A stretch of DNA of 64,000 bases from Dictyostelium discoideum (GCA_000004695.1 CM000151.3:7232001-7296000), one strand, 5' to 3'. Counted from the first letter of the stretch, positions 35,534-49,019 are shown. Translations and numbers: made by a program. Notes: generated by a model from the sequence alone, not told the origin.

Positions 35534-37288
35534 ATGAAACTTAGTATTGTTACTTTTATTGTAACAGTAGTTGTGTTATCAGTGATCTATATTTATAATA
35601 GTTCAACATTATTAGAATCTAGAGTATTGAAGGATTATGTTGAAAAGTATGATCCAAATTATAAATGGACATTAAATGCAACTTATAACACTAATGTCTC
35701 AACAATTTACATATTAGAATTAAGTATGTTTTTTTTGGATAATAATAATTGTTTAGAAAAATAAAAAAAATAAAAAAAAAAAAAAAAAAAAAAAAAAAAG
35801 TGAAAATATTAATATATATTGATAACATATTATTAAATAATTTTTTTTTATTTTTTAAATAATTATGTTAATTAGCATCACAAAAATGGGATATGGGAAA
35901 TTCAAGTAGTCCACTTTGGAAACATTGGTTAACAGTTTGTATACCAAATAATGCAACAGAAAATTTAGAAACTGGTTTATTACTTATTGATGGAGGTTCA
36001 ACAGTGAATTGGGCAGTACCAAGTGTTAATGGTTGGAGTTCTTTTGGTCAACAATTATGTAAAACATCAAATGAAATTACAGCAACAGTTCAACAAGTAC
36101 CAAATGAACCATTGATTTTTGATAATAATGGTATTAAAAGATCAGAGGATGGTATTGTTGCACTCACATGGCGAAAATATATTGATACAAAGGATTCAAA
36201 TTGGGTTAGTTTACTTCCACAAACTAAATCTGCAATTAAAGCAATGGATGCAGTTCAAGAATTTGGTAAAGAAATTGGTAAATTTTCAATTAAAAATTTT
36301 GTTGTAACTGGTGCTTCAAAGCGTGGGTATGTATTTAAAATTATTTTTTTATTTTTTTTAATTTTATTAATTTTATTAATTTATTATTTTTTAAATTGTT
36401 ATTATTATTATTTTTATTATTATTTATTTCAAAAGATGGACAACATGGGGTACAGCAATGTCATCAGATAAACGTGTTGTTGGTATTGCACCAATGGTTA
36501 TACCAATTTTAAATGTTGCAGAAAATATTGGATCACAAATGCAAGATCTTGGTGAATGGTCATTTGAATTATATGATTATATTCAAAATGGTATCACAAA
36601 TTTCCTTTATACAAAATATTTTGATAATCTTAGAAAGATCATTGACCCAATTAATTATATTAATACATTGGAACCAATTGCAAAATATGTATTAAATGCA
36701 GCAGATGATGAATTCTTTGCAGTTGATAGTCCAAAATTCTTTTATAGTAAATTAAAAGGTGAGACTAGATTAAACACCTATCCAAACACTAATCATAATG
36801 GTATTAAGAAACAAGCAGTTGCCAATGATATTGTAAACTTTTTCAAATTGGTCGCATTTGGTATTGAACGTCCAGAGATTGAATGGTCAATTGAATACTC
36901 TCAAGATAAAAACTTTGGTACAATTAAAATGAAAGTTTTAAAAGGTGTACCAACTAAAATCTCCTTATGGTTTTCAACAACAATTTCAACAACAATGAGA
37001 GATTTCCGTATGTATACATGTGAAGATGCTTCATGTTATCAAAATCTCGATTGGCAATCCATTGATATTGAAATCTCACCAGAAAACAATTATTTCTATA
37101 CAATGGAAAAACCAGCTGCTGGTTGGACTGGTTTCTTTTATCAAGTTGAATTTGAAACTGGTTCATATTACTCAACTGAAGTATCAATTGTACCAGATAT
37201 TTTACCTTTCCCAAAATGTCCAATGTCAGTTTGTGCTTCTGGTATTCCAGCTTATAAAAATAAAACTTTAGAAATAGAAAATAATTAA
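35534..37288 (+). CDS. AprA-like secreted protein (PhoPQ-activated pathogenicity-related family; autocrine proliferation repressor A-like). Exons approx 35534-35723, 35876-36326 and 36436-37288, about 497 aa.
   Basis: It has a signal peptide. The sequence YVEKYDPNYKWTLNATY...WKHWLTVCIPNNATE...FVVTGASKRG|GWTTWGTAMSSDKRVVGIAPMVIPILN... is characteristic of this family. Donors are gtatgt, and phases 1 and 2 were verified. A paralog lies at 49651-51492 on the opposite strand. Confidence 0.83.
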
Positions 37289-37336
37289 TTAATTAAAAAA
37301 AAAATAAATTTATTTATTTTCAAAATTAAAACTTAT

Positions 37337-38143
37337 TTATTCAATTGGTTTTGAATTTTTATTTAAAATTGATGGTGGTTGTAATTCACTATTTATTTTA
37401 TTATTATTATTGTAAATATTATTTTTATTATTATTAATAATATTATGGTTATTAAAATAATCATTATTATAACTAGTATTATTAATATTATTATTTGAAT
37501 TATTGATATTATTATTATTGATATTATTATTATTATTACCAGATATATTATTTAATGATGGAGATCTTATAGCTGTATCGTTTGTATTATTTATAGTATT
37601 CAATTGTTTTAATTTTCTTTCTTTTTTTAAAACTTGAATTAGCCAACTTAAATTGGGATGTAATGCAACACCTTCAACTACAATTAATGCTATTATTTTA
37701 TATGTTTTCTTTCTGTAATATGCTCTATCATGATTACATTGATCACTTATACATGTATTTTCAATAATATTTAATTCACCAGAATACCAAAAAAATGAAA
37801 ATGAAGCAGTTATTAATAAACCACTTAGTAATATTACATACTGAATTAATTAATTATTGATTAAATATTACAAATAAAAAGATTAATAAATTTATTTATT
37901 TAAATAAAATAAAATTAATAATAAAAATAAACATACCAAATACAATAATTTTGAATTTGTTGATTTTTTAAAAAAAACAAAAATACCAAATAAAGATAAT
38001 ATTAAATGGGATGCAAAATAATACCATGAATCAAATAAATGATCATGGTCATTCGTTGTTACTGATAAAGATAATAGTACAATTGAAATTATCTATTTTA
38101 AAAAAATAATAATTAATTTTTAATTATAAATAAATATAATTAT

Positions 38144-38186
<43 letters not shown>

Positions 38187-38306
38187 TACAACTTGAAATA
38201 TTACAAATAATTTTCTTAAATGATGTTCATGTTTTTTAATAAATATATAAATTTTTAAAATTGTATTTATTTGCCTTTTTAATTTTCTTAATATATTTCT
38301 ATACAT
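37337..38306 (-). CDS. Hypothetical four-TM protein with an Asn-rich C-terminal tail. Exons approx 38190-38306, 37937-38092 and 37337-37841, about 260 aa.
   Basis: The product is MYRNILRKLKRQINTILKIYIFIKKHEHHLRKLFVIFQV|IISIVLLSLSVTTNDHDHLFDSWYYFASHLILSLFGIFVFFKKSTNSKLLYL|YVILLSGLLITASFSFFWYSGELNIIENTCISDQCNHDRAYY...(N-rich). Donors are gtaagt and gtatgt, both in phase 0. Confidence 0.55.
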
Positions 38307-38669
38307 TTTTATTTTTTATTCTTTTTTTTTTAAAAATAATTTATTAAATTTGCATGATATTTATAATTTAGAAAAAAAAAAAAAATTAAATAAATAAATA
38401 TATAAATAAATAAATAAAATTATTTTTTTAAAAAAAAAATAAGTTACAAAAAACAAAACAAATAAAATCGAAACAGATAAGGATTAAAAAAAAATAAAAT
38501 AATAAAATAATATTTTAAAAATTTCATTAAAAAATATAAAAATTCTAATAGATAGTTTGCACAGTTTTTGTTTTTTTTTTTATTTATTTTTATTTTTAAT
38601 TTTTATAAAATTAATAGTGTAGTACTCTATTTACCCATCAAAAAAATCTCTAAAAACTTGTGATTTGTT

Positions 38670-38702
38670 TTGTGTGGGTAATGGTGTGTGTGTGTGTGTT
38701 AA
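38670..38702. repeat. (GT)n dinucleotide repeat.
   Basis: GGTGTGTGTGTGTGTGTT. Confidence 0.9.
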
Positions 38703-39006
38703 TTGAAAATGAATAAAAAAAAAAATTTTAAAAAAATAAATAAAGAACCCTTAACTACCAATATTGGCCTTCTCATGTTTTAACACCAATATAAATAATA
38801 GCATTTTATATCTTCATTCGCCTAAAATTATGTAAAATCTTTTACAATTTTGAACTGAACTATCACTTTTTTTTTTTTTTCTAATCAACCCCTTTTTTTT
38901 TTTTTTTTTTTGATTAATTCTACAATATAATCTTTTAAAATAAGTTTTTTTTTTTTTTTTTTTTTTATTATAAATAATTTTTCAAAAAAATTTAATATGA
39001 TTTTAT

Positions 39007-39378
39007 TTAATTTTTTTTTTTGATTTGAGGAGTACTTGTTTTTGTTCTAGATAAATGTTTTAAAATACCTTTAATTACAAGATAAGTCCAAAATAAATTT
39101 AAAATTGTAATTATTGGAAAACAGAAAAATATTATTGTATTTGCAATTGAATTTAATTCAGTATACCCATTAATGTAAATTTTTACAACTTTGATTGGCA
39201 CATAAATATCTCTAATGAAAATAAAGAAAAATGCCATCATAAATCCATTAATTGAATATAAAATATGATTTTCCAATTTTAAATCTTTTAAAAACCATTT
39301 CATATGAATAAAAGGATTTGTAATTTCAAATAATAAAAAATATAATAATGTTAAATGAACTTTTTTATAATACTAAAA

Positions 39379-39437
<59 letters not shown>

Positions 39438-40048
39438 TTTTTTTTTTTTTAGTATTTTTTATAAACAATATTAATTTTTTTTTTTTTTTTTTTTTTAAAT
39501 AAATAAACAAATACTTACTAAACCAATATATACATAACTTAAAATACCAACTACCAAATGATGAATAATTATTGGCCAGTCAAATAATTGTTTATAATAA
39601 ATGATTAAATGAAGTGCATCGAATAAAAAGTAAAATGATATAAATTTTAAAATAAAATCACTCAAAGCACAAGTACTAGTCATTTCGTTTGTTACCCATG
39701 ATTTTTTATTATAAATACAATAGCATGATAATGAAAATGAAACAATTGAACTAATTGTTGCCACAATTCTAAAAAATTATTTTATTATTATTATTTTTTT
39801 TTTTTTTTTTTTAAAAAATATTAATTTTTTTTTTTTTTTTTTTTTTTTCAATTATTTATTATTGTTAAAAATGAATTTAATATGTACTTATTTGTCCATT
39901 CTATTTTTGAAGAATATGATAATTGTTTTTCATTATTATTAAAAATAGTTTGTAGTAAACTTGGTATCCATATATATAATGATGTATAGTATAAAATGAA
40001 ACCTAAAGGTTCAACTGATATTAAATAATTTGAAATATAACTAAACAT
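39007..40048 (-). CDS. TLC-domain (TRAM/LAG1/CLN8-like; TMEM56/TLCD-type) membrane protein, paralog 1. Exons approx 39888-40048, 39519-39778 and 39007-39372.
   Basis: Exon 1 is MFSYISNYLISVEPLGFILYYTSLYIWIP..KIEWTNK. Exon 2 is ..FISFYFLFDALHLIIYYKQLFDWPIIIHHLVVGILSYVYIGL, with the TLC hallmark HH. Exon 3 is YYKKVHLTLLYFLLFEITNPFIHMKWFLKDLKLENHILYSINGF... The exon-2 donor is gtaagt; the exon-1 donor appears to be a non-canonical gtacat. Confidence 0.68.
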
Positions 40049-40591
40049 TTTACCATTGAAATTATGTATTGTTTTTAAATCTTAAATTTTTTATTTTATT
40101 TTTTAAATTTTTAATATGTAAATTATTGTTTTTTTTTTTTATTATTTTTTTTTTTTATTTTTTTTTTATTTTGTTTTGTTTTTTTTTTTTTTATTTTTTT
40201 TTTTTTTTTTTAATAACCACAAAAAAAATAATCACGTCATAACCCAAATTAAAAAAAAAATAAAAATAAAAATAAAAAAATTAGATTCAAACAAAATTCA
40301 TTCAAAAATTAACAAAAAAAAAAATAAAATAAAAAAATGAAAAAAATTAAATTGGTTTTATTACATAACCCATTAATAGCACCTTACGGTTTTAATAATA
40401 TAGAAGATATTATTTTTTAAAAAGGTGGGATTTAAACAATCCCAACCAATTTCTGGGCTCCCAGAAATTTCAGATTAATTTTTTTTTTTTTTTTATTTTT
40501 TTTTTTATTTTTATTTTTTTTTTTGGTTAAAGTGATTTTTATCTTTCTTTTTTAGTGTTTTTTTATTTTTATTTTTATTTTTATAATTAAT

Positions 40592-41328
40592 TTAATCTTG
40601 TTTATTTTTTATTCTTGAATTTTCATTTTTTGAAGTAGTGAAATATTTGAAAATGGATTTTGAAATGTAAAATGTCCAATATAAATTCAAAAGGGTGATT
40701 GCAGGATATACAAAATTTATAAAAAAAGGTATTAAAGGATCAGTTTCAATTGAGTAATGTGGTTGATTGAAAATAACATCAAACATTGTTGCTGATGTAT
40801 AAAAAACTCTAAATAAAACGAAACCAACAAAAATTAATAACCCATTAATTACATATAATGGATGATTTTTTAAATTTAAATCCAATAAAAAAAATCTTAA
40901 ATTAATTAAAGGTGTTGTTATCTCTGTAAATGTATAACTTAAAAGTAAATGATGTGCTAACCCTTTCTTTAAATATAATAATATTAAATAAAAAAAAAAT
41001 AAAAAAGTTAGTTGAATAATATTATTATAAAATAATTTTTTATATATATACATACACCTCCTAAAAATGTGAATGATAATAATGCAATAGTATGATGTAA
41101 TAAATTACCCCATGTAAATAAATATTTACTATAATAAGATGAAATTATAAAATCATAAATAAAATAATATGTAATGAATTTAAAAATGAAATAACTCATT
41201 TCACTTGTACTTCTAAGTGAATTCACTATCCATTCATTATAATATAAACAATATATTGATAAAGCTGATGTAACTATAGCATTAACTGTTGATATAATTC
41301 TAAAAAAAAAAAATTAAAGTTAATTAAT

Positions 41329-41363
<35 letters not shown>

Positions 41364-41552
41364 TTTTTGTTTATAAAAATATTTAAAAAATACTTACCTG
41401 TTTGGCCATTCAATTCTTTTTCTTTCATAAAATCCAATATTGTTTTTTTTAAAAATAATTTCTATTATTTTAGGTAAAAATAAATGTAAAGATGTAAATA
41501 ATAAAAAACAAGGCAAATCCTGGTATAAAATTACATTTATATTAGTTTCCAT
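40592..41552 (-). CDS. TLC-domain membrane protein, paralog 2 (tandem with 39007-40048). Exons approx 41398-41552, 41056-41299 and 40592-40966, about 257 aa.
   Basis: The product is [52 protein letters not shown]|..[47 protein letters not shown]|[44 protein letters not shown]... Donors are gtaagt and gtatgt, and the phases were verified. Confidence 0.72.
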
Positions 41553-41595
41553 TATATTTTATTTTTTTAATATTTAAAAAAAAAAAAACCAAATA

Positions 41596-41629
<34 letters not shown>

Positions 41630-41759
41630 GAAAAAAAAAAAAAAAATTTAATTAAATAAAAATAATTATCAAAATAAAAATAAAAATAATAAAAATATAT
41701 CTTTTAACCACCTTTTTTTTTAAAAAAAAAAAAAAAAAGAAAAAAAAAATTTAAATGCC

Positions 41760-41850
41760 AATCGGTAGAGTAAATACTTAAATATCATAATTGAATTTTT
41801 TAAACCACTTTTTAAATTTAAAAAATTCAATTATGATATTTAAGTGTTTT
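41760..41850. repeat. Perfect ~26-bp inverted repeat (hairpin) with a 20-nt spacer.
   Basis: ACTTAAATATCATAATTGAATTTTTT ... AAAAAATTCAATTATGATATTTAAGT. It lies about 300 bp upstream of the 42148 ORF. Confidence 0.6.
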
Positions 41851-42147
41851 TATTTTTTTGATAAAAAAAAAAAATAAAAAAAAAAAAAAAAAAATTATTA
41901 TCAATTTTGTGGATATCAATAGATATACAAAAATAAAAGATTTCCTTGTATTTTATTCGTAAAAATTTATCAACTACATAAGAACAGTAACAACTTCGCC
42001 CTAATCAACTCTAAAACAATAGTTTGCAAAAAATGTCAAAAAAAAAAAATAAAAAAAAAAACAGAAATTTTTAGCGCCAACAAAATTTTTTTTTTTTTTT
42101 TTATTTTTTTTTTTTTAATCACCACCAAAGCCAACACCACCACTACA

Positions 42148-43595
42148 ATGAATGACAACAATCAAAATGATATTGAAAATATTGAATTAGAAAAAAAGAA
42201 TCTGGTTTTTATATTGGAGATAGCAAAATCATATAGTATATCAACAACTAAATTAAAGAAAATGGAAATCATTGAAAAGATAAAAACAGTAGCTAAAAGG
42301 AAAAGAGAATATGAAGAAGAACAAAAGCAAAAAGCAAATGTAATTCATTCAATAAAATTATTAAATTAACAATTGTAGATAATATTGAACCAATTGAAAT
42401 ATTATTTTGGAAAGTGTTTAGAAATAAACTAATTTATAGAAATATATTCTCATTTATGGATCAACGATTTTCATTAAGCTATGACTCAATTTCATCAATA
42501 CCAAATCTTATAATTTCAAATCAATTTAGTATATTAAAAGAAAAAGTTTATAGAAATTGTAGATACTTACAATTTGATTTAAAGAGTGGACAATTGGGAA
42601 TCAATTATTTAAAACTATTATTCGAAAATGTTAAAGATGATTATAAATTCTATAGAAACTTTTTTAAAAATGATAATCATTATTATGAATCCCAAGACAT
42701 TATATCATTTGCATTAATTTTATCAAAGAATTTACAAATTTATAAATTGTATATCAAAGAATTCAATTATGAACCAACAAAATTAGATCTTTTATTTTCG
42801 ATTATATCTGGTTCAAATAAATTCATTAAATATCTATTTGAATTAAATCCACCACCAATTTCAGAATTAGCTCCTAAATGTTTAATTGAAAATATTTTAA
42901 TAATATTTTTAGAGGGTGAACAAGATCAGATCAATAGATCAAGAAAAGAAGCTTTTCCTTCTATTAAAAAAGATGATATTTTCAAAGGACTACTTTGTTA
43001 TTTAAATATCATTAACAATAATAATGATGATGATTTCAGTTGTAGTTTAAATTATAATGAATTAATAAATGATAAAACTGAAAATGATTTATACGAAATT
43101 AATGAAAACTCAACATTAAAAAGATTAATCACAATTTGTATTTTTTCAATAAAAACAAAAACATCATCAGAAGAAGAAAAAGATGCAACAAAAACATCAA
43201 AAACATCAAATGAATCATTTAAATCAGTTCCAACAATTCAAGAAATTGAAAATTTTAAAGAAAAAGTTGGTAAAGAAAGATTAAAATCAATTTTACAAGA
43301 TCCGATCAATTATAATTATAAAAGGGATGACAATAATGAAATTAAAAATTTTATAAAGAAACTTTTATATTTTTATTTTTCAACATTTAAAAAAACATCA
43401 AGTATTTTATATTACTGTTATTTTGATGATAAAGATTATGGTGATGATATAGCCCATACTCCTACCAATTTCATTCTTCCTACACCAAAGATTGAATTTG
43501 CTTTTAGATTTGGAAATTTTAAAATTTTAGAATCATTCAAAACAATTGATTTTTATCAAATTCTGCCAACTATTCATTTTGATAAAAATAATTAA
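42148..43595 (+). pseudogene. Hypothetical protein X, copy 1 (SAP/HeH-like N-terminus). It carries a 1-bp frameshift at about 42347 relative to its paralog at 45816.
   Basis: ATG 42148 gives MNDNNQNDIENIELEKKNLVFILEIAKSYSISTTKLKKMEIIEKIK.. The frame breaks after ..KANV because it reads GTAATTCATTC where copy 2 reads GTAAATTCATTC. It then continues in the +1 frame as FRNKLIYRNIFSFMDQRFSLSYDSISS... to 43595. The ORF-track 'M' at 42414 is GTG. Confidence 0.45.
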
Positions 43596-43644
43596 AAGAT
43601 TTAATAAAAAGCCAGTAAAAGGTTGTTGGTTATATTATTTTTAT

Positions 43645-44415
43645 ATGCTTGTAATTCATAATGATATTGAATTATTAAAATATTATTATTCAAATGGTAA
43701 TGTTGGTATTGTTACACAATTATTTAGTGTAAAAAATTCTCCAATAGTTGCACCAATATATTATATCAATTCAATTGATATGTTAGAGTATTTATTTAAT
43801 AATCATATAAATTTCTTCAAAGAACCACGTATTGATGGTAATCGTTATAGTACAAATTTTAAAAATTTAGAATTATTAAAACATTTTGAACTATTATTAA
43901 CCCAATCAAACTCAAACTCTACTTCTTCTTCTTCTTCTTCTCCTTCTCCTTCTCAAAACCACTTTTCCGATGGTCATTTTTGTTTTATTAGCCATTCTAT
44001 TAATAATTTTGAATTTCTAAAAAACAAAAACCTTCTTACTTTTGCAAATTACTTTGCTTCAAATTCTAAATACCATGATGCAAATTTAGACTATGAACAA
44101 CTGTTTGTTTTAATCTCTAATGTCGAACCATCATCTCAACTATCGATCAGTTTTGAAACATTAAGAGATTTTGCAATTAACTCTATGAAATATAAAAGAA
44201 AAAACTTATTCTTTACCAGAGCATCAGTAAGAAGTACAAAGTATGCATATCATTATTTAAAATTCATTGATTGGATGTTTATTAACTATAATCAGGAAAA
44301 GGAAAATGCTTGTAACTTCTTTTACAAAGGATTTCACCATTATCATAACCTTTTTGCAACCCATAGATATTGTTCAAACAACAATGACATCAATGACACC
44401 CACAACTTCAGCTTC

Positions 44416-44489
<74 letters not shown>

Positions 44490-44949
44490 TATTGAAGGAA
44501 ATAAACATCTTGTTATTGAAAGATTGGAAAAATCAACAGTTTTAATCAATGATTTAACACCATATTTATATGAAATTAATAATTTTAAATTTTTAAATTG
44601 GTTTTTAACAATCATTAAAATTTATTATTTTTCATCATCAATAGATAATACTGAAAAAAAAACAATTAAAGCAATAGTTGAATCATTTATGAATCTTATT
44701 ATACATAAATCAAGATTACAAGTACTTGAAATTATTCATCAAAATTTTGATTTCATTTTAAAGAAAGAATCAAATGGTGGAATATTGGATATTAATACTT
44801 TAAAATCTTATTTATTTACATCTCTTAAAAATGGTTCAATTAATGTTTCAAAATTTCTTTTTCAATTTATTAATATAACTAAAAAAGAATTTGAAAAAAA
44901 TTCAAATCAACACTCACTTTTATTCTTTTCAAATAAATTTAATAAATAA
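43645..44949 (+). CDS. Hypothetical protein Y, copy 1 (434 aa; weak ankyrin-like periodicity at the N-terminus; poly-N23 insert).
   Basis: ATG at 43645 (MLVIHNDIELLKYYYSNGNVGIV...). It is intact, and co-linear with and about 85-90% identical to the ORF at 47397-48677. Confidence 0.6.
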
Positions 44950-44979
44950 TAATATTCTTAGTTCTCTTTGCTTTAATTA

Positions 44980-45010
<31 letters not shown>

Positions 45011-45049
45011 AATAAAAAAAAAAAAAAAAAAAAACTTAAATATTTTTTA

Positions 45050-45480
45050 TTGTTGGAATTTCACTATTTGCTTGTTGTAATTTTTAAAGTAATAATATTT
45101 TTTTTTTCCCAAAATTATTATTTTTTAAAAGTTGAATATAAAAAAGAAGAAATTAAGAAATTTTAAAATCACTTTTTTTTGCCTTAAAAAAGCAATAAAG
45201 TCAAAAAAATCTTCTTGAAGCGTAATAGCTTTAATCAAGTGTAGTATCTGTTCTAGAACGCTTAAAATCGTTCTGCTATCTAAGTGATAGCTTTCGAATT
45301 TAATTTTATTTTTTATTCGAGGTTTTTAGATGTTATTATTATAATATCGGCTTGCCTTTATTCATTACATCTAAAGTTGTATTCCCTCTGTATCGCACCA
45401 TTTCAGAGTCAATAAAAGAGTACTACCTCTACCTATTTAATTTTAATGAAAAAAAAAAAAAAAAATTAGTTTGCATAGAA
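45050..45480. repeat. Non-AT-rich, non-coding block duplicated with the X/Y gene unit (copy 1).
   Basis: ..CTTGAAGCGTAATAGCTTTAATCAAGTGTAGTATCTGTTCTAGAACGCTTAAAATCGTTCTGCTATCTAAGTGATAGCTTTCGAA...TCGGCTTGCCTTTATTCATTACATCTAAAGTTGTATTCCCTCTGTATCGCACCATTTCAGAGTC.. It is about 97% identical to 49020-49450 and contains the 10-bp palindrome GTTCTAGAAC. Confidence 0.7.
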
Positions 45481-45815
45481 TAATTACAAACTTTATTATT
45501 ATGTTTCTATTTTTTTATAAATAAAAAATTATAAAAAAAAAAAAGCCTTTTTATCAAAATTTACTTTAATAAAAAAATTAAAAAAAAAAAAATAATAATA
45601 AAAAGAATAAAAAAAAAATACTAAGAAAAAATGGAATTTAATAGTATTTTGCATCTTGGTGCACTTGGTGCAATATTTTTTATTTTTTTTTTTTTAAATT
45701 TTCTTAAATTTTTTTTTTTTTTTTTTAAATAACCAATACATTTTTATTTTTATTTTTTTATTTTTTTTTTTTATTTGTTTACCAAAGCAACAACACCACC
45801 TCCATCACTACTACA

Positions 45816-47330
45816 ATGAATGGCAACAATCAAAATGATATTGAAAATATTGAATTAGAAAAAAAGAATCTAGTATTTATATTGGAGATAGCAAAATCAT
45901 ATAGTATATCAACAACTAAATTAAAGAAAATGGAAATTATTGAAAAGATAAAAGCAGTAGCTAAAAGGAAAAGAAAATATGAAGAAGAAAAAAAGCAAAA
46001 AGCAAATGTAAATTCATTCAATAAAATTATTAAATTAACAATTGTAGATAATATTGAACCAATTGAAATATTATTTTGGAAAGTGTTTAGAAATAAAACA
46101 ATTTATAGAAATATATTCTCATTTATGGATCAACGATTTTCATTAAGCTATGACTCAATTTCATCAATACCAAATCTTATAATTTCAAATCAATTTAGTA
46201 TATTAAAAGAAAAAGTTTATAGAAATTGTAGATATTTACAATTTGATTTAAAGAGTGGTCACCATTTGGGAATTATTATTTTTAAACGATTATTTGAAAA
46301 TATTAAAGATGATTATAAATTCTATAGAATCTTTTTTAAAAATGATAATCATTATGAATTTCAAGACAGTATACCATTTGCATTAATTTTTTCAAAGAAT
46401 TTACAAATATATAAATTGTATATCAAAGAATTCAATAATGAACCAACAAAATTAGATCTTTTATTTTCAATTATATCTGGTTCAAATAAATTCATTAAAT
46501 ATCTATTTGAATTAAATCCAGACTTATATTCTAAATTTTTAGTAAAAAATATCTTTACCAATATGCTTTTAGAGGGCCTTCACAACCAAATCAATTTATC
46601 AAGAAAAGAAATTTTTAATTGTATTAAAAATGTTGATATTTTCAAAGGATTACTCTGTTATTTAACTATCATTAACAATAATAATGATGATGATTTCAGT
46701 TGTAGTTTAAATTATAATGAATTAATAAATAGTAAAGCTCAAGACAATATACGAAATTAATCAAAATTCAACATTAAAATGATTAATCACAATTTGTATA
46801 TTTTTAATAAAAACAAAAACAACATCTACATCACCAGAATAAGATGATGATGATGATGATGATGAAGTAACAACATCAAAAGAATCATTTAAATCAGTTT
46901 CAACAATTGAAGAAATTGAAAATTTTAAAGAAAAAGTTGGTAAAGAAAGATTAAAATCAATTTTAGAAGATCCAATTAATTAATTATAAAAGGGATGATA
47001 ATAATGAAATTAAAAATTTTATAAAGAAACTTTTATATTTTTATTTTTCAACATTTAAAAAAACATCAAGTATTTTTAATTACTGTTATTTTGATGGAAA
47101 AGATTATGGTGATGATATAGCCCCCACTCCTACCAATTTCATTCTTCCTACACCAAAGATTGAATTTGCTTTTAGATTTGGAAATTTTAAAATTTTAGAA
47201 TCATTCAAAACAATTGATTTTTATCAAATTCTGCCAACTATTCATTTTGATACATGTTTTGATGTTGATGATGATAAATGTTATAAAATTTTATTTTCAC
47301 ATTGTTTAGATTAAGAGAAAAAGTTGGAAT
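45816..47330 (+). pseudogene. Hypothetical protein X, copy 2. The 5' half is intact (ORF 45816-46760, 314 aa); the 3' half has decayed through frameshifts and stops.
   Basis: MNGNNQNDIENIELEKK... is co-linear with copy 1 through ..SLNYNELIN. Indels and in-frame stops then follow (46740-47330), and there is a ~95-bp insertion relative to copy 1 before the Y start. Confidence 0.5.
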
Positions 47331-47396
47331 TCATTAATCAAATAATTAAAAGATTTAATAAAAAGCCTGAAAAAGATTGTTGGTTATATTTCTTTT

Positions 47397-48167
47397 ATGC
47401 TTGTAATTCATAATGATATTGAATTATTAAAATATTATTATTCAAATGGTAATGTTGGTGTTGTTACACAATTATTTAGTTTCAAAAATTGTCCAATATT
47501 TCCACCAATATATTATATCAATTCAATTGATATGTTAGAGTATTTATTTAATAATCATATAAATTACTTTAGAGAAACACGTATTGATGGTAATCTTTAT
47601 AATACCAATTTTAAAAATTTAGAATTATTAAAACATTTTGAACTATTACTTACCCAATCAAAAAAAGAAAATCAAGCCTCCTCTTCTTCTTCCCTAAATC
47701 ACTTTCCCGATGGTCATTTTTGTTTTATAGGCCATTCTATTAATAATTTTGAATTTCTAAAAAACAAAAACCTTCTTACTTTTGCAAATTACTTTGCTTC
47801 AAATTCTCAATACCATAATGCAAAATTAGACTATGTACAATTGTTTGTTTTACTCACTAATGTCGAACCATCATCTCAACTATCGATCAGTTTTGAAACA
47901 TTAAGAAATTTAGCAATTAACTCTATGAAATATAAAAGAATAAACTTATTCCATTTCAGAGCATCGATAAGAGGTACAAAGTACACGAATCATTATTTAA
48001 AATTCATTGATTGGATGTTTATTAACTATAATCAGGAAAAGGAAAATGCTTGTAACTTCTTTTACAAAGGATTTCACCATTATCATAACCTTTTTGCAAC
48101 CCATAGATATTGTTTAAAAGACAATCACATCAATGACACTGACAACTTCAGCTTCAATAATAATAAC

Positions 48168-48211
<44 letters not shown>

Positions 48212-48677
48212 TGATGATACTGATGCAAATAAATATTTTATTATTGAAAGATTGGAAAAATCAATCATTTTAATCAATGATTTAACACCATATTTATATG
48301 AAATTAATAATTTTAAATTTTTAAATTGGTTTTTAACAATGATTAAAACTTATTATTATTCATCATCAATAGATGATACTCAAAAAAAACAATTAAAAAA
48401 TATAGTTAACTCATTTATGAATGCTATTATACATAAATCAAGATTGCAAGTACATGAAATCATTTATCAAAATTTTGATTTCATTTTAAAGAAAGAATCA
48501 AATGGTGGAATATTGGATATTAATACTTTAAAATCTTATTTATTTACATCTCTTGGACATGGTTCAATTAATGTTTCAAAATTTCTTTTTCAATTTATTA
48601 ATATAACTAAAAAAGAATTTGAAAAAAATTCAAATCGAAACTCACTTTTATTCATTTCAAATAAATTTAATAAATAA
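47397..48677 (+). CDS. Hypothetical protein Y, copy 2 (426 aa).
   Basis: ATG at 47397. It is an intact paralog of 43645-44949, with a shorter poly-N tract. Confidence 0.6.
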
Positions 48678-48708
48678 TAATATTCTTATCTTTCTTTAAA
48701 CAACAACA

Positions 48709-48761
<53 letters not shown>

Positions 48762-49019
48762 ATGATAATTCAATTTCATGATTTTTATCTATATCTTTAT
48801 TTGTTTATTTTTTTTATTTTAGCCTATTTCCATTTGATATAATTATCAATATAATAAAAACTTTGTTTTTTTTATGTTTTTTTTTTTCTTAAGAATTTTT
48901 TGCAAGAGTTTTAGTTGCCTTTGTTAATAAATTAATTACAAAAAAAAAATATAAAATATAAATTAAAAAATAAAAAATAAAAAAAATATTTTTAGATTTC
49001 GATTTTCACTGAAAAAAAA

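Noticed and set aside
43546-43645. N-terminal 33 codons of the 467-aa ORF (MIFIKFCQLF...)
   Set aside because: That 'M' is a TTG. The first ATG is at 43645, which matches the ATG-initiated start of the paralog at 47397.
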